Assembly: GCA_024679065.1 (NCBI GenBank)
Contig: JAGIQG010000013.1
Coordinates: 56,234,001 to 56,298,000, forward strand
Direction: 5' to 3'
Length of the DNA stretch: 64,000 nucleotides
From: Sphyrna mokarran
Lineage: Eukaryota
Shown: piece after piece, positions 49,390-63,317 of the stretch
Layout of the letters: each line of letters starts with the position of its first letter
How positions within the stretch are numbered: position 1 is the stretch's first letter
Notes under the pieces: generated by a model
Seen by the model: the letters and a program-made list of their open reading frames with translations, nothing else
Databases searched by the model: none
What the model was told of the DNA's origin: nothing
Position numbers and translations under genes: made by a program

Positions 49390-52300
49390 CTGAGAAGAAA
49401 TGAGAACATATTATAATAACATGGTGACAATTTGGAAATAGAAAGATTAACTTTAAATAAGAAGAATACCTCTGCTCCAATCTTCAGTTCACTTCTAAAC
49501 TCTAATATAGTTAGTACTTACAGTAAAAAGTCCTTGCCCAGTAAAATCACCAATTGCAGCAATCAAAATCAAAAGCACTAGATTTCATGGTTGTGCAATT
49601 TTAGGACTTTGGCATAATATTGCAATCCAGCCTTCACACACTAGTTAGCAATTGCAAAACCTACACACAAGTACAATGTGCAAGTAATGATGTAAAATCT
49701 AATTACAAAGCTCATATGTTACTGCAGACTGTTGAGAGGAGTAGTGGCTCGGTCACAGAAAAGTAGAAACTTTATGTTGCTCTTTCTGCCCTAAGTACTT
49801 TACAAATGAATATGAGCAAAGTGTAATAAAATACATTTATTAATATTTTGTCCATATTACATTAACTCTGAGAAAAGAACTGTGCAGGTGGATCAAATTT
49901 TTTTCAGGAAATTAAACCTCAGCAATGGGAATATTTTAGATTTTTTAAACTTTGCCATCATGCTTTGTTCTTAATGGTTTGGTTATCAAGTCACTCTGGC
50001 ACTTGGAAGTTAGAACTGAATTGCTCTATATTAAAAATTTAAATATTTGACCATCTGCAACATAATCTAGGTATTTAATACCGTAGGGAATGGAAAAACA
50101 TTCAAGTAGTTTTGCTTAAATATATTATTTTGATGTTACACTTATCAACTTTTCTTTCTGAAAGTACAGCAGCAATTATGTTCTGCCATATGGATTCAAC
50201 TGATAATGTCCTTTGTTATTTACATAAATTGATGATAGGATTAGAGAATTTATATTTCACAGACTTTGAACATTTGTTCACATCAGGAAATAATATACAC
50301 TTGTGCAAAAATCGGGAAGAGAGAAAGAATAACTGGAATGCTACAACAAAAAAACCCCACACACATTAACGCGGACTGGCTTTGCACAGTTAATACAAAA
50401 GAAATTTAAAACTATAATACAAAGCAAGTTTGTTTTTTACTTCTTGCACATTTCTTAACAAATTTCAGTCACATGTAACAATCAATATACCCACCACCCT
50501 CACTTTCATAAAGAAGTAGTCTGTGACTGCACTGCAAATATTCCCTACAACCTTTTAATGTAAACATTAGAAATTGGCCTAACAACTGGTTCTTCTGCAA
50601 GAAATAATTCCATCCACAAGAAATCTTTCACGGTTCTTCACTGTCTGATTCCTCGATGGAATGACAAGTTGAATTTGGTACTTCCTTGAACTTTTGAAAA
50701 CAGCATAGGGGTGGGCTGATTTCCCATCTTACACCTTATGTGATGTCATAAGATTTGACGAAGGAACACTCAATGACACTTCATATAAAATAATGAAATT
50801 ATGTTTAAAACAAATAAAGAATGTGACAGTACATAATGACATACAAGTCTTATTCTAAGTGGAAAGATATTGCTGCATATTTGCATTCTCCCATCACAAT
50901 TCCCCTTTAGTAGACTTAAGGGGATGAATATTAGCAACTGAGGCTAGCAGCGTCATAGTTAAGACCATGCTTGTCATAACACAATTTCAGAAGAGGGAAC
51001 TTGATAAATGATTAAAAAAACTGAAGCGCTGGTTGATTTTTCCTATTCATGGCTAGGGATTCAGAGAGCAAACTGAAGATGCTAAGATCATTCTCATGCA
51101 AATTCACAAACTTCACTTTTTCAGAAAAAATCCTTCAGATATACCCAACATTTTATTTCCTCTTACTAATACTCTTCCTCTGAAGAAAAGTGCTGGATGA
51201 ACAAACTCTCACTCGTAAAAACTTAAAAATATTGCAGATATCTTAGAAGCTTGCAACTTTTAATGAATAGCTCGCTGAAAAGTTTTCCACAACACCTGCA
51301 TAGCAACCCCCTAAGGATGAGTCACATGTGGATGATATACTAATATCTCAAGAGTAAAGCTTAGTGCTTGCCAAAAAAAAAATGAAAGAATAGCTATTAA
51401 AACTCAAAATAGTTGCAAATTTGGGATGTAAGGGTTACTGTGCCAAGCATTCAATTTGTAAAAATACATTTGAATTAATCCTTTAAAAATATTTATTTCA
51501 ACACCGAGCCATTCCTAGCATGTCTGGTTTTAGAAGTTAGCCAATAAAGTGCACAAGTCGCAAAGTCCAACAAAACGTTTAACCTGAGGAGCAAAAAAAT
51601 AAGTTTAACACGGATTATGTTCATGAATCACTTGAAGCAATTCACTTTTCTTTGGAGGAGAGCAGTTGTGGGGAATTAAGGGAGGCAGTGATGTAGGAAA
51701 AGATATTGTAACTCTAAAGCTGTAGTATGGTATCCAACCTACTTGTTACTTAAACAAATCACAACCGTTTAATAGGAGGGAAGAACTTGCTGCTTACGCA
51801 ACCATAATTATGAGCAGGCCATAATAATTGATGGAAGGAAGTTGGTAAAGAGATAATACTGCCCATTTAATATTGGATGATAAAGCAGCAAAGAACCCTT
51901 TTTCTTAGCGTGGATGGATAAGAGAGAACACAGAATGAATGTCAGATAGTTCTTGGTATCATTTTGTTGCATCTGAATGCATGATAGTATACACATTAAG
52001 GTGAAATTTTGAATGTGTGAAAACTCTGGATTAATATAGCTAGCCTCATGCTACAGTTGTTTTATCCTAGCAATAATTTAACTTCAATACACAAAATTAC
52101 ATCATTTTTGTGGGAAAAGAAAACAAAGTCCTGGTGCTTTTCAGTACAACTAAAATTAAAACATACCATTTAATAATTTTCCTCTTCTCAAAGTAAGACT
52201 GATCAGATTTTGAAAAATTCAAGTACAATTGACTGTGATATTACTTTGAGTTACCTTGTTAGCCTCACATGGAAAAATCTCTTATACTCCATGTTTTGTT

Positions 52301-54959
52301 ATGGTTGATCAACTGGTTAATTCAGGAGTTAGGGAGGAGATACAGAAATCAAACAGTAATAAGATCCTCTGTAATTATGAGGAGAGTTCCAAATTAATTT
52401 AAAATATGAAAACTATCATATCTTTCTTCCTTGGATTATGGCCAATCTTATTTATTACACACTCTGCGCAAATTGGCACATTGTGTTCCAATCATTCTTA
52501 AAGCTTGTGTTTGAGTTACACTTGTTATGTACAAATAAACGCACAAAGACTTACAGGCTAGGTTGGTATCCCCAGTACAAATGCTCTCCACACTTTGATG
52601 TGTGCTGGGAGTATCAGTCCACGCCACACGACTGGTGTGTTACTGCAAAAGGTGAGCTGTATTAGAGTAAAAGTGTGTGTCCTGTCCCTTCCCTCCCTCC
52701 CACCACCAAATGAAACACCAAACAAAAACAATAAACACATCTATTTTGCTCAAGAAAGTTTCTGTAATTAAATCAACAACACAAGTGTGTACATTTTCAC
52801 ATACAAGATGAATGGTAATTACAGACACTAAAAGTGGTATATTTACTCTGCTTCCTTCATTCCCACCTCACCAAATCATACCTTTGAAAAACAGTATCTG
52901 TAACATGTGCCTTTGATTGATAACAGTGGAACCATCTTAAGCTCAATTCTCGCCTGCCTGAGGACATTTCAGTTTCAATCCAATCGTTCACCATCAGTAT
53001 TGGTTGACTGAAGTATAATAGGGCAGAACCTACTTCAGGCAGACAGGAATCACCAGCTCACTGTGAATAATGTACTGTATTTGACTACAGGCATCTAGTG
53101 ATCACTGATGGCTAGAAACCCAGGGTTGATGGGGTATGTCAGCTGCAGGCTGTTATTAAACTGCACCATTCATGTCATACTAGAATAGCAAAGTCAGCTT
53201 GAATATTAATCAACAGTGGATGTATGGACACAAAAGTGCTGAGCAGTTCTATGAATTAGCAAGTTATATTCTTTGAGCTACAGGCTCTAAAAGTGATCAT
53301 TGCTGATAATGTTGGTTTAAAAAAGCTGATAGATGATATTTAAATTTGAAAATCAAAATGGTTCTGCTTGTGGCTTATAAAACTTTGAAGGAAATTGGAT
53401 CTCCTATGAACTGATCATTAGCTATTTGTGGTGCAGAGCTCAAGATGCTGGAGAAAGATAAGTAAAGGGAAGAGGAAAGAGCACAGGCTCAAGCTTCCAC
53501 TTTATTACAATCATGCTACTAACAATTAAAAGGAAGAAAAAAAAATTAAAATTCACACATAGCAGGCCATTCCTTTGGTCTCCTAATAGATACCCACACA
53601 GCAACTCTCATTTCAATCCACTTGGTTGCAAGAAGTGCGCAGCTTGGGAGAGAAAAATAATTGATCTTAAGTGTGCTCCACTGTATTTCTTAACTATAAG
53701 AATCATCATACTTACAGAAGTTTAATCAATTGTATTGCAATCATTCCACACAAACATTGGAGACAAATCAGGACATTTCTTACTAAAATAGAACTGTGTG
53801 TGCAGATTTAAATATGCACAAGTACAAAAGGGTACATAATTGTCCTTTATAGGGAATAAGCCCAACCAAAACCTGTCTGAATTCAAATCTCCTGAGCTTT
53901 CTATGTTTATTCGATTCCTCTGAATTCATGGTGACTATGACATGCACAAATTTAACAACTTCTGCAGAGTTTGCTGGGATGTTTACAGATCCAAAGTAAC
54001 TTAATCTCCTGCACACAAAAAATCCCAACATATTAATGCAAGATTTTGAACACAAACACACTTGGACCCCTCTCTATAGTTGCACTATAAAAAAGAAATG
54101 GTAAGACCACGAGCAAACGGCAGAAAAATAAAACAAAACCATAAAATGATTGCTGGAAAGCAAGTTTCTCTGCGCAATTTAAAAAGATCAGTTGATTTCA
54201 CCAAAGTTGTAAATAACGCCGGTCAACCAGATAACCAACCAAAGCCAGGGGGATAAGCCAATTGTACAGGGGTATTTTGTTGAGAACGTTAACTATGTGA
54301 TCTGATGCTGACTCTTAACTTGCCCTTCCATCTTATTGTTTTATACTTGCAGTTAGATTCAGGATCCCTCTCGTTCACTCCCAGTTCCATGTAAAATAGA
54401 AGACTCCCAGTGACTAAAAAGCTCCCTACAATCTGCTTCTCAAAAATCCAAGGTGTTTGTGCTGCCATCCTCAATCAACAATGCATCAGAGTTGGGAAGC
54501 ACTCTTGTTTGAGAGGAAATTTTAAAGTAGTGCTTTAGAGTTTTATTACAAAGCTTAATATAACTGCGTGCATTACAGTAACATTCCAAAATCTATCTTC
54601 TTCTCGAAATGTATCAACAAGAAATCAATTTGATACCAAAGCATTTTATCTATATTTTTGTTTCTTTTAAAATCAAAAAACTTTTACATCACAGTACAAT
54701 ATGACATGCAAAAAGTTATTGTAATCTTATTTTTCATAAATGTCATTAAGTCTCTCCATGATACAAGAAACCTGAATAATCTGTAATTGCATAAAGCAAC
54801 GGCTAGAAAGCGAAGAAAGAAGCAAAAAAAAGCAGAATAATTGCTAACAATAACAGATCAGCAAGCTAAAGCAAAGAGTAAATGCACTCTGATATTTTCC
54901 CCACAGCACACAATGGTCTAGCTAAATGATTCTTGGTTACTGCTTTCAAACATACTAAC

Positions 54960-55664
54960 CTTTTCCAAAACGTTTGTCGTATTCATCAGACAAAACCTGA
55001 CATTCTGAACAATGGTATCTGTGTGCCTCCAACGGCTTCTGTCATGTCGCAGCCAGGCCTGCGCAGCCTCAAAAAGCTCAATCTCTGGGAATCGGCTCAG
55101 CTGATCATTCTCCAAACATGACAAAAGCTTTTCAACACTCAAATAGGACAGAAAGTCAGCTCGGGACATGAGTGGCACGAAATTCTCAAGAAGGAACTTG
55201 TCCAGCTGTTCTTGGATACCGTCTATATTAACACTGAAATCATCCAAGAGCCGCATGATTTCTGCGCAGTTATCCAAGCAGATTTTTGACAACAGGAAAG
55301 AACAGCAGAATTTCACCACTTCAGTCAACTGGACATACATGGCTGCCTGCAGGATCTCATGGACAGTGCTCATGTTCAGTTCAATGGAGCCATAATACAT
55401 AAACTGAAGCACATGACTAAAACCTGTTGGAGTCAGTCCTTTAAGGTGAATCTTGTTCTGGTCCCGCTCCCTCATGTCAGCTGTGAACATTATTCGAAAG
55501 TAGTCACTTTGCGTAGCCAGTAGTGCCTTGTGAGCTTGGAACTGATGGTCCTCAATTACAAGTGTGACATCAAACAACAATCCCTCTTCATACAGGGTTT
55601 TAAACCCTGAAGAAACACAGGAGTCATGAACAGAAGAGTTGTACACATCCACGTTTCCTGCCAT
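54960..55664 (-). CDS. KLHL15: KLHL15 first major coding exon (BTB and BACK); exon acceptor at 55671
   Basis: MAGNVDVY...FQAHKALLATQSDYFRIMFTADMRE...; 705 nt ending AAG|gttagt. Total 235+369=604 aa, the length I recall for human KLHL15. Confidence 0.98.
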
Positions 55665-56560
55665 TAATACCCTGAAACAATCAAAAGGATCAATCTTAAT
55701 ATGGATTAATACATTGAATCTTTAAAAAAATCCGATAGAATTAGTGGCCACAAGTGCTCACCCCAGCTGCTGCTCCCTTCTCTTAACAACAAATACTATA
55801 ACCTTTGACGTAGCACAACGTTCATGCTCATAGCTATATTTTAGAAATTTAACATTTGTACCAGGTTAACAAAGTAAAACTAACAAGTACTTTTATGTAC
55901 AGTTGTCAAGGATTTAGATCAGATTAACTAATTAGATCAGACTAAATAAATTAGTGACAGTATCATTGATATTCATCAACCCTCAGACATTGCATTTGCT
56001 CAATTCAACCAAAGCGGCAAGTTTGATTTATTTTTCTAAAGTTCAAGAACATTCAATCTAAAGTTTTGCTCACCATCATTAGTTTGCATTTATACTGCTC
56101 ATTCTTGATACAAATACTATTAGCCTCAGTGTTCACCATCAGTATCTTTTTATGATGATTACTGTTGCTATCAGTGTTTATTTCTAATTTAAATTTTTCA
56201 GTGATAGCCTGAAACAACTAACTGAATTTTGAAGGATGTTTAGAATTCAATGAAATCACTTACTTCCAATTCCATCCCGGCTTTGCCTAACCCAGCAGAA
56301 CAAAATGATTAACATACAATTAACATCCTGCTTTAGCTTTTCATTTCATCCATTTTTAAATATTAAATACCACATAACAAATATATCACATTTTAAAAAA
56401 TTTATTTTAAAAAGATCATCACAAAGTGACTAAAATCACAGTCACAAGTTTCAACCTTTAAACCAAAGCTTTCTGGCTAATTCTGATGTTCTCAAATATT
56501 CAGCATTAAACTGATATGCAAATATATAATTGTGAAATTTAAATTATAACAGACCTTTCT

Positions 56561-56935
56561 TAGAACAGAATCTTACCGTGCAAAAGGAGGCCATTTAGCC
56601 CATCAAGTCTTCCACCACCACAATACAACTGAGGCCCTATCCCCATAACCCCATGCGATTATCCGAGCTAGTCCCCCTGACACTAAGGGCAATTTAGCAT
56701 GGCCAATCCACCTAACCCACACATCTTTGGACTATGGGAGGAAACTGAAGCACTCAGAAGAAATCCAGACATAAGAATGTGCAAACTACACAAGATAGTG
56801 ACCCAAGCCGGGAATTGAACCTGAGTTCCTGGCGCTTGAGGCAGCAGTGCTAATCATTGACCCAGGTTTGATTCCCAGCTTGGGTTAGTCTGTGCAGCCT
56901 TTGCATTTTCTCTTCATGTCTGTGTGGGTTTCTTA
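56561..56935. mobile_element. V-SINE (- strand, 56561-56858) abutting an inverted partial V-SINE (+ strand, 56859-56935)
   Basis: gacccaagccgggaattgaacctgag...gacccaggtttgattcccagcttgggt in head-to-head arrangement. Confidence 0.8.
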
Positions 56936-59900
56936 TTCAGTGTTATTTAACAAAACAGCAAGTTTCTTTTTCCAAAGAAAAGTGCTTTGTACACAACTGT
57001 AATAGCTTTCCATTTTCAACACCGGGCATTAACTTGGCAGTTGTACAGTCTACCTTTTTCGATGCCAATCAAACTAGTGGCATGAGAATTGTGAAAATCA
57101 GACAAATGATATAATGAGCTGATAATCAAATCCATTAGATTACCGCAAAGATGGAGAAGATAGAACCATTTGAATTTTTTGCCTGCTGGCAAAATCACCT
57201 AATACTCAGGAAACATGAAGCTAAAGGGAGGTTGGAGACATGATACCAGGATTCTAGTACTTTAAAAACATTGCTTGAGAGATCAGGAGAAGCGAAGTGT
57301 TTCCATCATTGCAAAAGCATATCTTCTGTTGCTGTTTGTCCCAACCCTCTGTCCAATAGGACTTGATCTTTCCCTCCACCTGTGCTGCCACACTTCACGT
57401 CAAACATACACTCTTCAAAAAGAGAGGAACAGATTTGCTTGCTGGAGAATAGTTTGTGGTGAGGACTGAAGACAATGGCTTTGACCTTCCTATATTTAGT
57501 TGGAAGAAATTTCTGTCCATTGCACTGAATAGCGGATAGGCAGTATGATAATTTAGAAACAGTGAAGGAGTCAAGAGAGGTGATGCTGAGGTCAAGCTGT
57601 GTGTCATCATATGTGCGAAAACTGACAGTATACCCAGGTTAATGAACTTGAAATAAAGTTTCGCAAGCATAAACTTGACCCAATTTATGAATATTTAGGA
57701 GAGGTTTCATTAGAAGCCAGCAACCATACAATTTCTGCACCCAACTCTGAGTTGCTTCCTGACATTGCCACCGGATTCAAGGACAGTGCATGTTTTACGC
57801 ATCTTGCGTGTGTTAAAATATTCAGTCAATTATTTCTCAAGCTTCTATTTGATCCTTTCATAGTAGCTGTAAATTAAGATTTAATTTACTATTTCAGGTA
57901 GACAAATTAAGATGCTTCTGTAATTGGAAAAATATACACATTTCAGCCATCCCTGCTCCAACTCTGTAAATCAGTAAGTCATTAAAAACCAAAAAAATTA
58001 CCTTTCAAGTTGCATTTTATTAAGTGCCAATTTTAAACTTGAATTAATTTAGTAGCAGGACTGTCAGAAAAAAGTCACAGTCTGATCTTAAACCATGACA
58101 AGCAAAAAGATACTGTCTCACAAGAAACATAAAACAATAGCAAATCTGCTGCAACTTTAAATTATTCAACAGTTGAAATCCTAGCTAAGCACTGTACATT
58201 TAGCTAGCAAAATAAGACAAACGAGTTGACTTCAACTTCCACCTATTCATTTTCTATAAATTTTGATCTGTCTTGCTTTTGTTATCTAAAAAGGGGTGTA
58301 CACCTGCGTTCTGATACTACAAGATGCAAGTAGTTCTCTCACTGTTAAGCAGGGCACTTTTTGAAGAAAATAAACTTCTCCTTTTAACAAAGTTGGAATT
58401 CACCTGGTCTGGCTGTGTTTTCACTTTTTCAGAATAACAAAAACACTATGAGACTCGATTTCAACCTCCATTTTCTAATAACTTGTATCTAGATAGCACC
58501 TTTTATGAAAGGCACATCCCAAGGCACAAGAAATCTGTCACTGATCTGGAAAACAACTTTGGAAGGGTGAATAAAACCACAGCCAAAGTGATGGGTCTTG
58601 ACATTATTTAAGAATGTGGGGAAAGAGGTGGCAACGTTTCAGGGAGAGCCTCGCAATTCAGACTGAAGCTGATCAGCATACTGTTATTAATGTGGGGAAA
58701 AAGGGTGGGGAAATGCATTGAAAGTTAGAATCAGAGGAACAAAACATCTGGCAGTAGATACAGGTTTCAAGAAGATGGCAGAGAAAGGATGCGGAACTTA
58801 GATGACAATAAGTTCTAAATGTAAAATCTAGTCATGGCACAACATGATAGCTGAACAGCCTCATACTGTTTTGAAATTTTAGTGATTCTAAAACAACGGC
58901 ATTATTATCAAACACAAAAAGATTTGTTGCATAAATCTTTGATGCTTAACATATTTTAACTACAAACGAATAGTAATTAACAAGCAAAGAGGAGCAACTC
59001 CTTTTATATAAGACAGCACCTGTTGTCAGACACTGAATAAAGCCTATTAATAAGGCTCACAACAATTCTGGGAAAGTACAAGCATGAAAATTTTTCTTCC
59101 TCGTACAAATAGGCAGAAGCTCTTGTTTGAGCATAGGTCTATGGTTCTTTGTCTATTCAAGAATATTCCTATACAGTAAAGTTGCAAAATCAGAACAGTT
59201 TCAGCACAAAAGAAAGCCATTTGACCCAAGCTGGCTCTCAGGAAGAACACCAATTAAGATACTGTTGCTCATGCTGGGCTTTAGTGTAGGGCAGGACATT
59301 ACTTCATTCATACTGTTCATTTCTATGTGCTGCAGTTTATGGCAGTTAAAATTAAGTCAAAATTAGTGCTTTTTTTGGAAATAGTATTTGTTTCTTTAAC
59401 TACATTCAACTGTTGCATTTGTTCCTTTATTCATCTTAACAGTTCTACATATAAACGTTTGTCTAATGCAACATGTATAGTGCTGCCACCTGCTGCAATT
59501 TTGAGGCTTCCACTATTAAACCCACCATGTTTCTAACCTAAGCTCCCACTGTTCTGTTGCTGAAAGCCAATCATAATCAGGAGGTGCTAGCTTCAATTTC
59601 CCAGCCAGCTCTCTTCACTGCTGGAGCTTGCATGCTTGCAATTACCAAGTTTGGAATCTTATGACTGTCAATGAGATATAATCCCACAGTGGTTATCTCA
59701 GCCAAACCCCATCAACAAACACATTTCCCATATGAACGACTGAACAGCATTCTGCAGCTGGAATTCTGCTTGTTTTTCCATGAAGATAATCATTTTGCTA
59801 ATTGAAAAATAATCTGTTCCCACCTATTGATAGAGGAGGTAAAAAGCAAGCTTTAACACTGACCTTCAGCGTGGCTGTTAATTAGTAATTAATTAGCAAG

Positions 59901-60214
59901 AACTGCATGAATGTGAACAGCAATTTGGACATCAGCTTTTCTTTTATGTGGGCATGCTTCTCAGTTTCACTCAACTGTCTCATAACTGAGGATGACCGAC
60001 TGACTATTAATTTAAAATGCTGAGGAAAATTCATTGTTTTCCATTGCCCCTTCCATAGAAGCAAAACAGCTTTTTTGTTATTTAACAGTAGCCTACTACA
60101 ATTTCTGTTTCCCAAATATCACTAAAATGTTACTTTTTATTGAACATTCTAATAATGTTTTTTTCATATATACTTTTATTTAGCTTAGTCTATTAATTGT
60201 ATTTCAAAGCCATA

Positions 60215-60670
60215 ACTTAGAAAGATGTTCAATAGGATGCAGAAGAGATTCACCAAAACAGTACCAGAGATAAGGGATTGATTATATAGATAGGCTGGAG
60301 AAACTGAAATTCTTCTCAGTAGAGTAGAAAAGCTCAAAGAGAATATTTGATAGGCATATTTATAATCATGAACATGTTGGGTAGGATAAATAAAAAAAAA
60401 TTCCCAATGGCTGAAGGGGTAAAAATAAGGGGCACAGATTTAATGTGATTGACAAAAGAATTGGAGGTGACATGAGGAACACTTTATGCAAGTTGTTTGA
60501 ATTTGGAAACAAATTCAACAGTAGCTTTTGAACGGAATTTGACAGGTTAATAAAGTGAAACAGGAAAGGAGGGTTGTGGGGTATGAGTAGAGGAGAGACA
60601 TTAACTGAAATACTCTTCAAAAACAGCCCTCAAATGGCCTTCTTCTGTGGTATACTATTCTATGATTATA
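60215..60670 (+). mobile_element. CR1 LINE 3' fragment, degraded
   Basis: gcagaagagattcacc...ggggcacagattta...caaatggccttcttctgtggtatactattctatgatt. Confidence 0.7.
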
Positions 60671-60914
60671 TGAAAAAACAAGTTGAACACTTCAGTTCTC
60701 TTATGATTCTGTACAAGTTTTCATAAGAAACTACGTTCAAAACGGATTAGAGGGATCGCAATAAGCCAGTGACTCGCCCTCAAATGGGAACTTCTTACTA
60801 TTTTGCTAACAGTTATGAAATATGATTGTTATGCTGTTCCAATCTGGAAAAAAAGGCATGATGTGGAATAACCTATAGGGAGAAAAACATCTTTACGTTT
60901 TTTCATCTAAGCAT

Positions 60915-62620
60915 TTGGTTACAGCACTGGAGGTCATGTGCATCCATGCCACTCTATGCAATAGCAAATCAGCTAGTTTCACCCATTCTCTACCATTTCC
61001 CCATTGATCTGCAAAGGATTTCTGCTCAGGTAATTATCCAATTTTTTCATGAAAGTCATGATTGAATTTTCGCCATCACACTTGCAGACAGTACATTCTG
61101 AGTCCTAACTACATGCTGTGCAAAAATGTTTATCCTCACCTTTGCTTATTTTGGTATGTACCTTAGATCAGAATCCTCTGGATTCCAATCTTTCTGCCAG
61201 TGGGTACAGTTTCTCCTTATATAGCCTACTTGTGATTTTGAACTTCCTCTTAACCTTATCTTCTCAAAAAAGAACAGCTCCAGATCTGTCAGTATTTTCT
61301 GGTAAGAGGCATCCTTCACTCTGGAATCATTCTTGTAATTTTTTTTGCAACCTTTCTAACGCCTTTGCATTCTTCCAAAAGTGTGATACCCAGAATTGGA
61401 CACAATACTCCACGTGAGGCTGACCCAGTGTTTAACATAACTTGCCATAACTTCCTTGCTTTTGTACTTGATTTATAAAGCCTTGATCCATTATACCTTA
61501 CCCTTTCTAAACCTGCCATACCACATTCAATAATTTGTGCACATATAATCCCCCCAGAGACTCTACTCCACACCCTTTTTAATAATTGTATCCTTTATTT
61601 CATACTGCCTCTCCTTGTCCTTCAAGCAAGGATATCACGTCACACTTCTTGGCATTAAATTTCATCTGCCATGTATCTACCCGCTCCACTTCAGAAGTCT
61701 ATCAATTTCTTCCTCAATACACAATACTTCAAATTTTGTGTCATTGCAAATTTTGAAACTATCTCCTGCATACCCAAACCTAGATTAAGAAAAGCAATGG
61801 TCCAAGTACCTATCCCTTGCGCAACACACTAAATATCTTCCTTCAACCAAAACAAAAAACAACTGCTATGCTGTTTCCTGTCACTCTGTCAACTTTGTAT
61901 CTATGTTGCCATTTTATTTCATGGGATTTAGCTTTGCTAACAAGCCTGTTATGTGGCACTATTACGTAGCAACCCCTCTATTAACTCAAAGAATTCAAGC
62001 AAGTTTGCTTTTAACAAACTCCTGCTGACTTTAATTAATTCACACTTGTGCAAGTGACTTAATTTTGTCTTAGATTATCATTTCTACGTTCTTTCCTACC
62101 ACTGAGGTTAAACTGACTGACCTACGGTTGCTAGGCTGATCCAGACCAAGCATTTTGTAGTTCCTCAGTCCATCTCATTCAGTCCAGATAACTTATGAAC
62201 TGAGTACAGCCAGATTTTCTAACATCTCCTCTTTACCAATTTTTATCCCACCCAAGATCTTTATTATTATTGCGTTGCTTGCATCTTCTTCCTGGGTGAA
62301 AGCAGATACAAATTACTTAGTTAGTATCTCAAGCAAGTCCTCTGATGTATAAATTTCCTTTAGCGTCTCTAATTGGCCCCAAACCCTTCTTTCTATATGC
62401 TTAGAGAAAATTTTTGGATTCCCTTTCTGGCTTGTTGCCGGTTTCTTCTCATACTCTCTATACTTCTCATTATTTATTTGACTTGCCCTCTGAACTTGCT
62501 ATGTTCAGCTCGGTTCTCGCTTGTATTATATCACACATACCCTTTTTTTTAAACCATCTTCATCACACTCATACTCTCTTTCACGATCTAGTGAGTTCTA
62601 TTTTTGTTCTATCAACCCTT
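60915..62620 (-). mobile_element. Old CR1-clade LINE, degraded
   Basis: Reverse strand: ccagaattggacacaatactcca (LEYCVQFW), ttaaatttcatctgcca (WQMKFN), aaactgactgacctac (RSVSL). Confidence 0.75.
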
Positions 62621-63201
62621 TTGTGAAAATTTGTGAAAGAACAGCATGCACAAGTCATATTCTACCATATTGCAAATTTACTTTTAAAAAATAACTTCTA
62701 TACCCACCAGATACTAAGCGAAAAACAGGACTGCGACCAGATTTCCCTAAAAAGGTCTCATTTCAGCCAGGTTGCCTAAGGAGGGTAATTACCATAAGAA
62801 ACAAAAACGGTTTTTCGAAACCTTTGTGGCTTCAGGTCACACAGATACCCTAAAATGGCAGGGAGTGGTGCACTGTTAATAATGATTATATATACCTCCC
62901 ACATTTATACACTAATGCATTTAACTGTATTATTTGCATGCATGTTGACAAGATTTGTTAATTTGTTTGACTTTTGACTGTCTGAAATGTTTAGTCATAG
63001 AAAGCTCAATACTAAAGCAACACTGCATCTACCTCATAGCCGTGGGCATGGCTCCAGAGGTGCTCACTTGACACAGCCCAGAGATGAGGAGGCAAGTAGG
63101 CATTATCAATACTTGGCCAATACTTGGCTTGTAAGAGATTGTATGACTGGAAATAGCACACCAATCTTATCAAAAGAGGAAACATCAGACAGTCGTCTCA
63201 C

Positions 63202-63317
63202 CCTGCTGCAAGTGCACCTTCTGTTGAATGAGCGTGGAGTAACATTGATGAAACACGTGAGGATGTCCGCAGACCGAACCGTCCTGTGCTCCTACCCAAA
63301 GGAGCCTCCACACTAGT
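63202..63317 (-). other. Candidate upstream KLHL15 exon, open in the KLHL15 frame
   Basis: Polypyrimidine acceptor ttttctgtcttctacacag|ACT and donor AGG|gtgaga; locally GC/CpG-rich; no in-frame stop. Confidence 0.5.

Noticed and set aside
54918-54959. C-terminal VSMFESSNQESFS of the 248-aa ORF
   Set aside because: Read-through into the intron past the AAG|gttagt donor.
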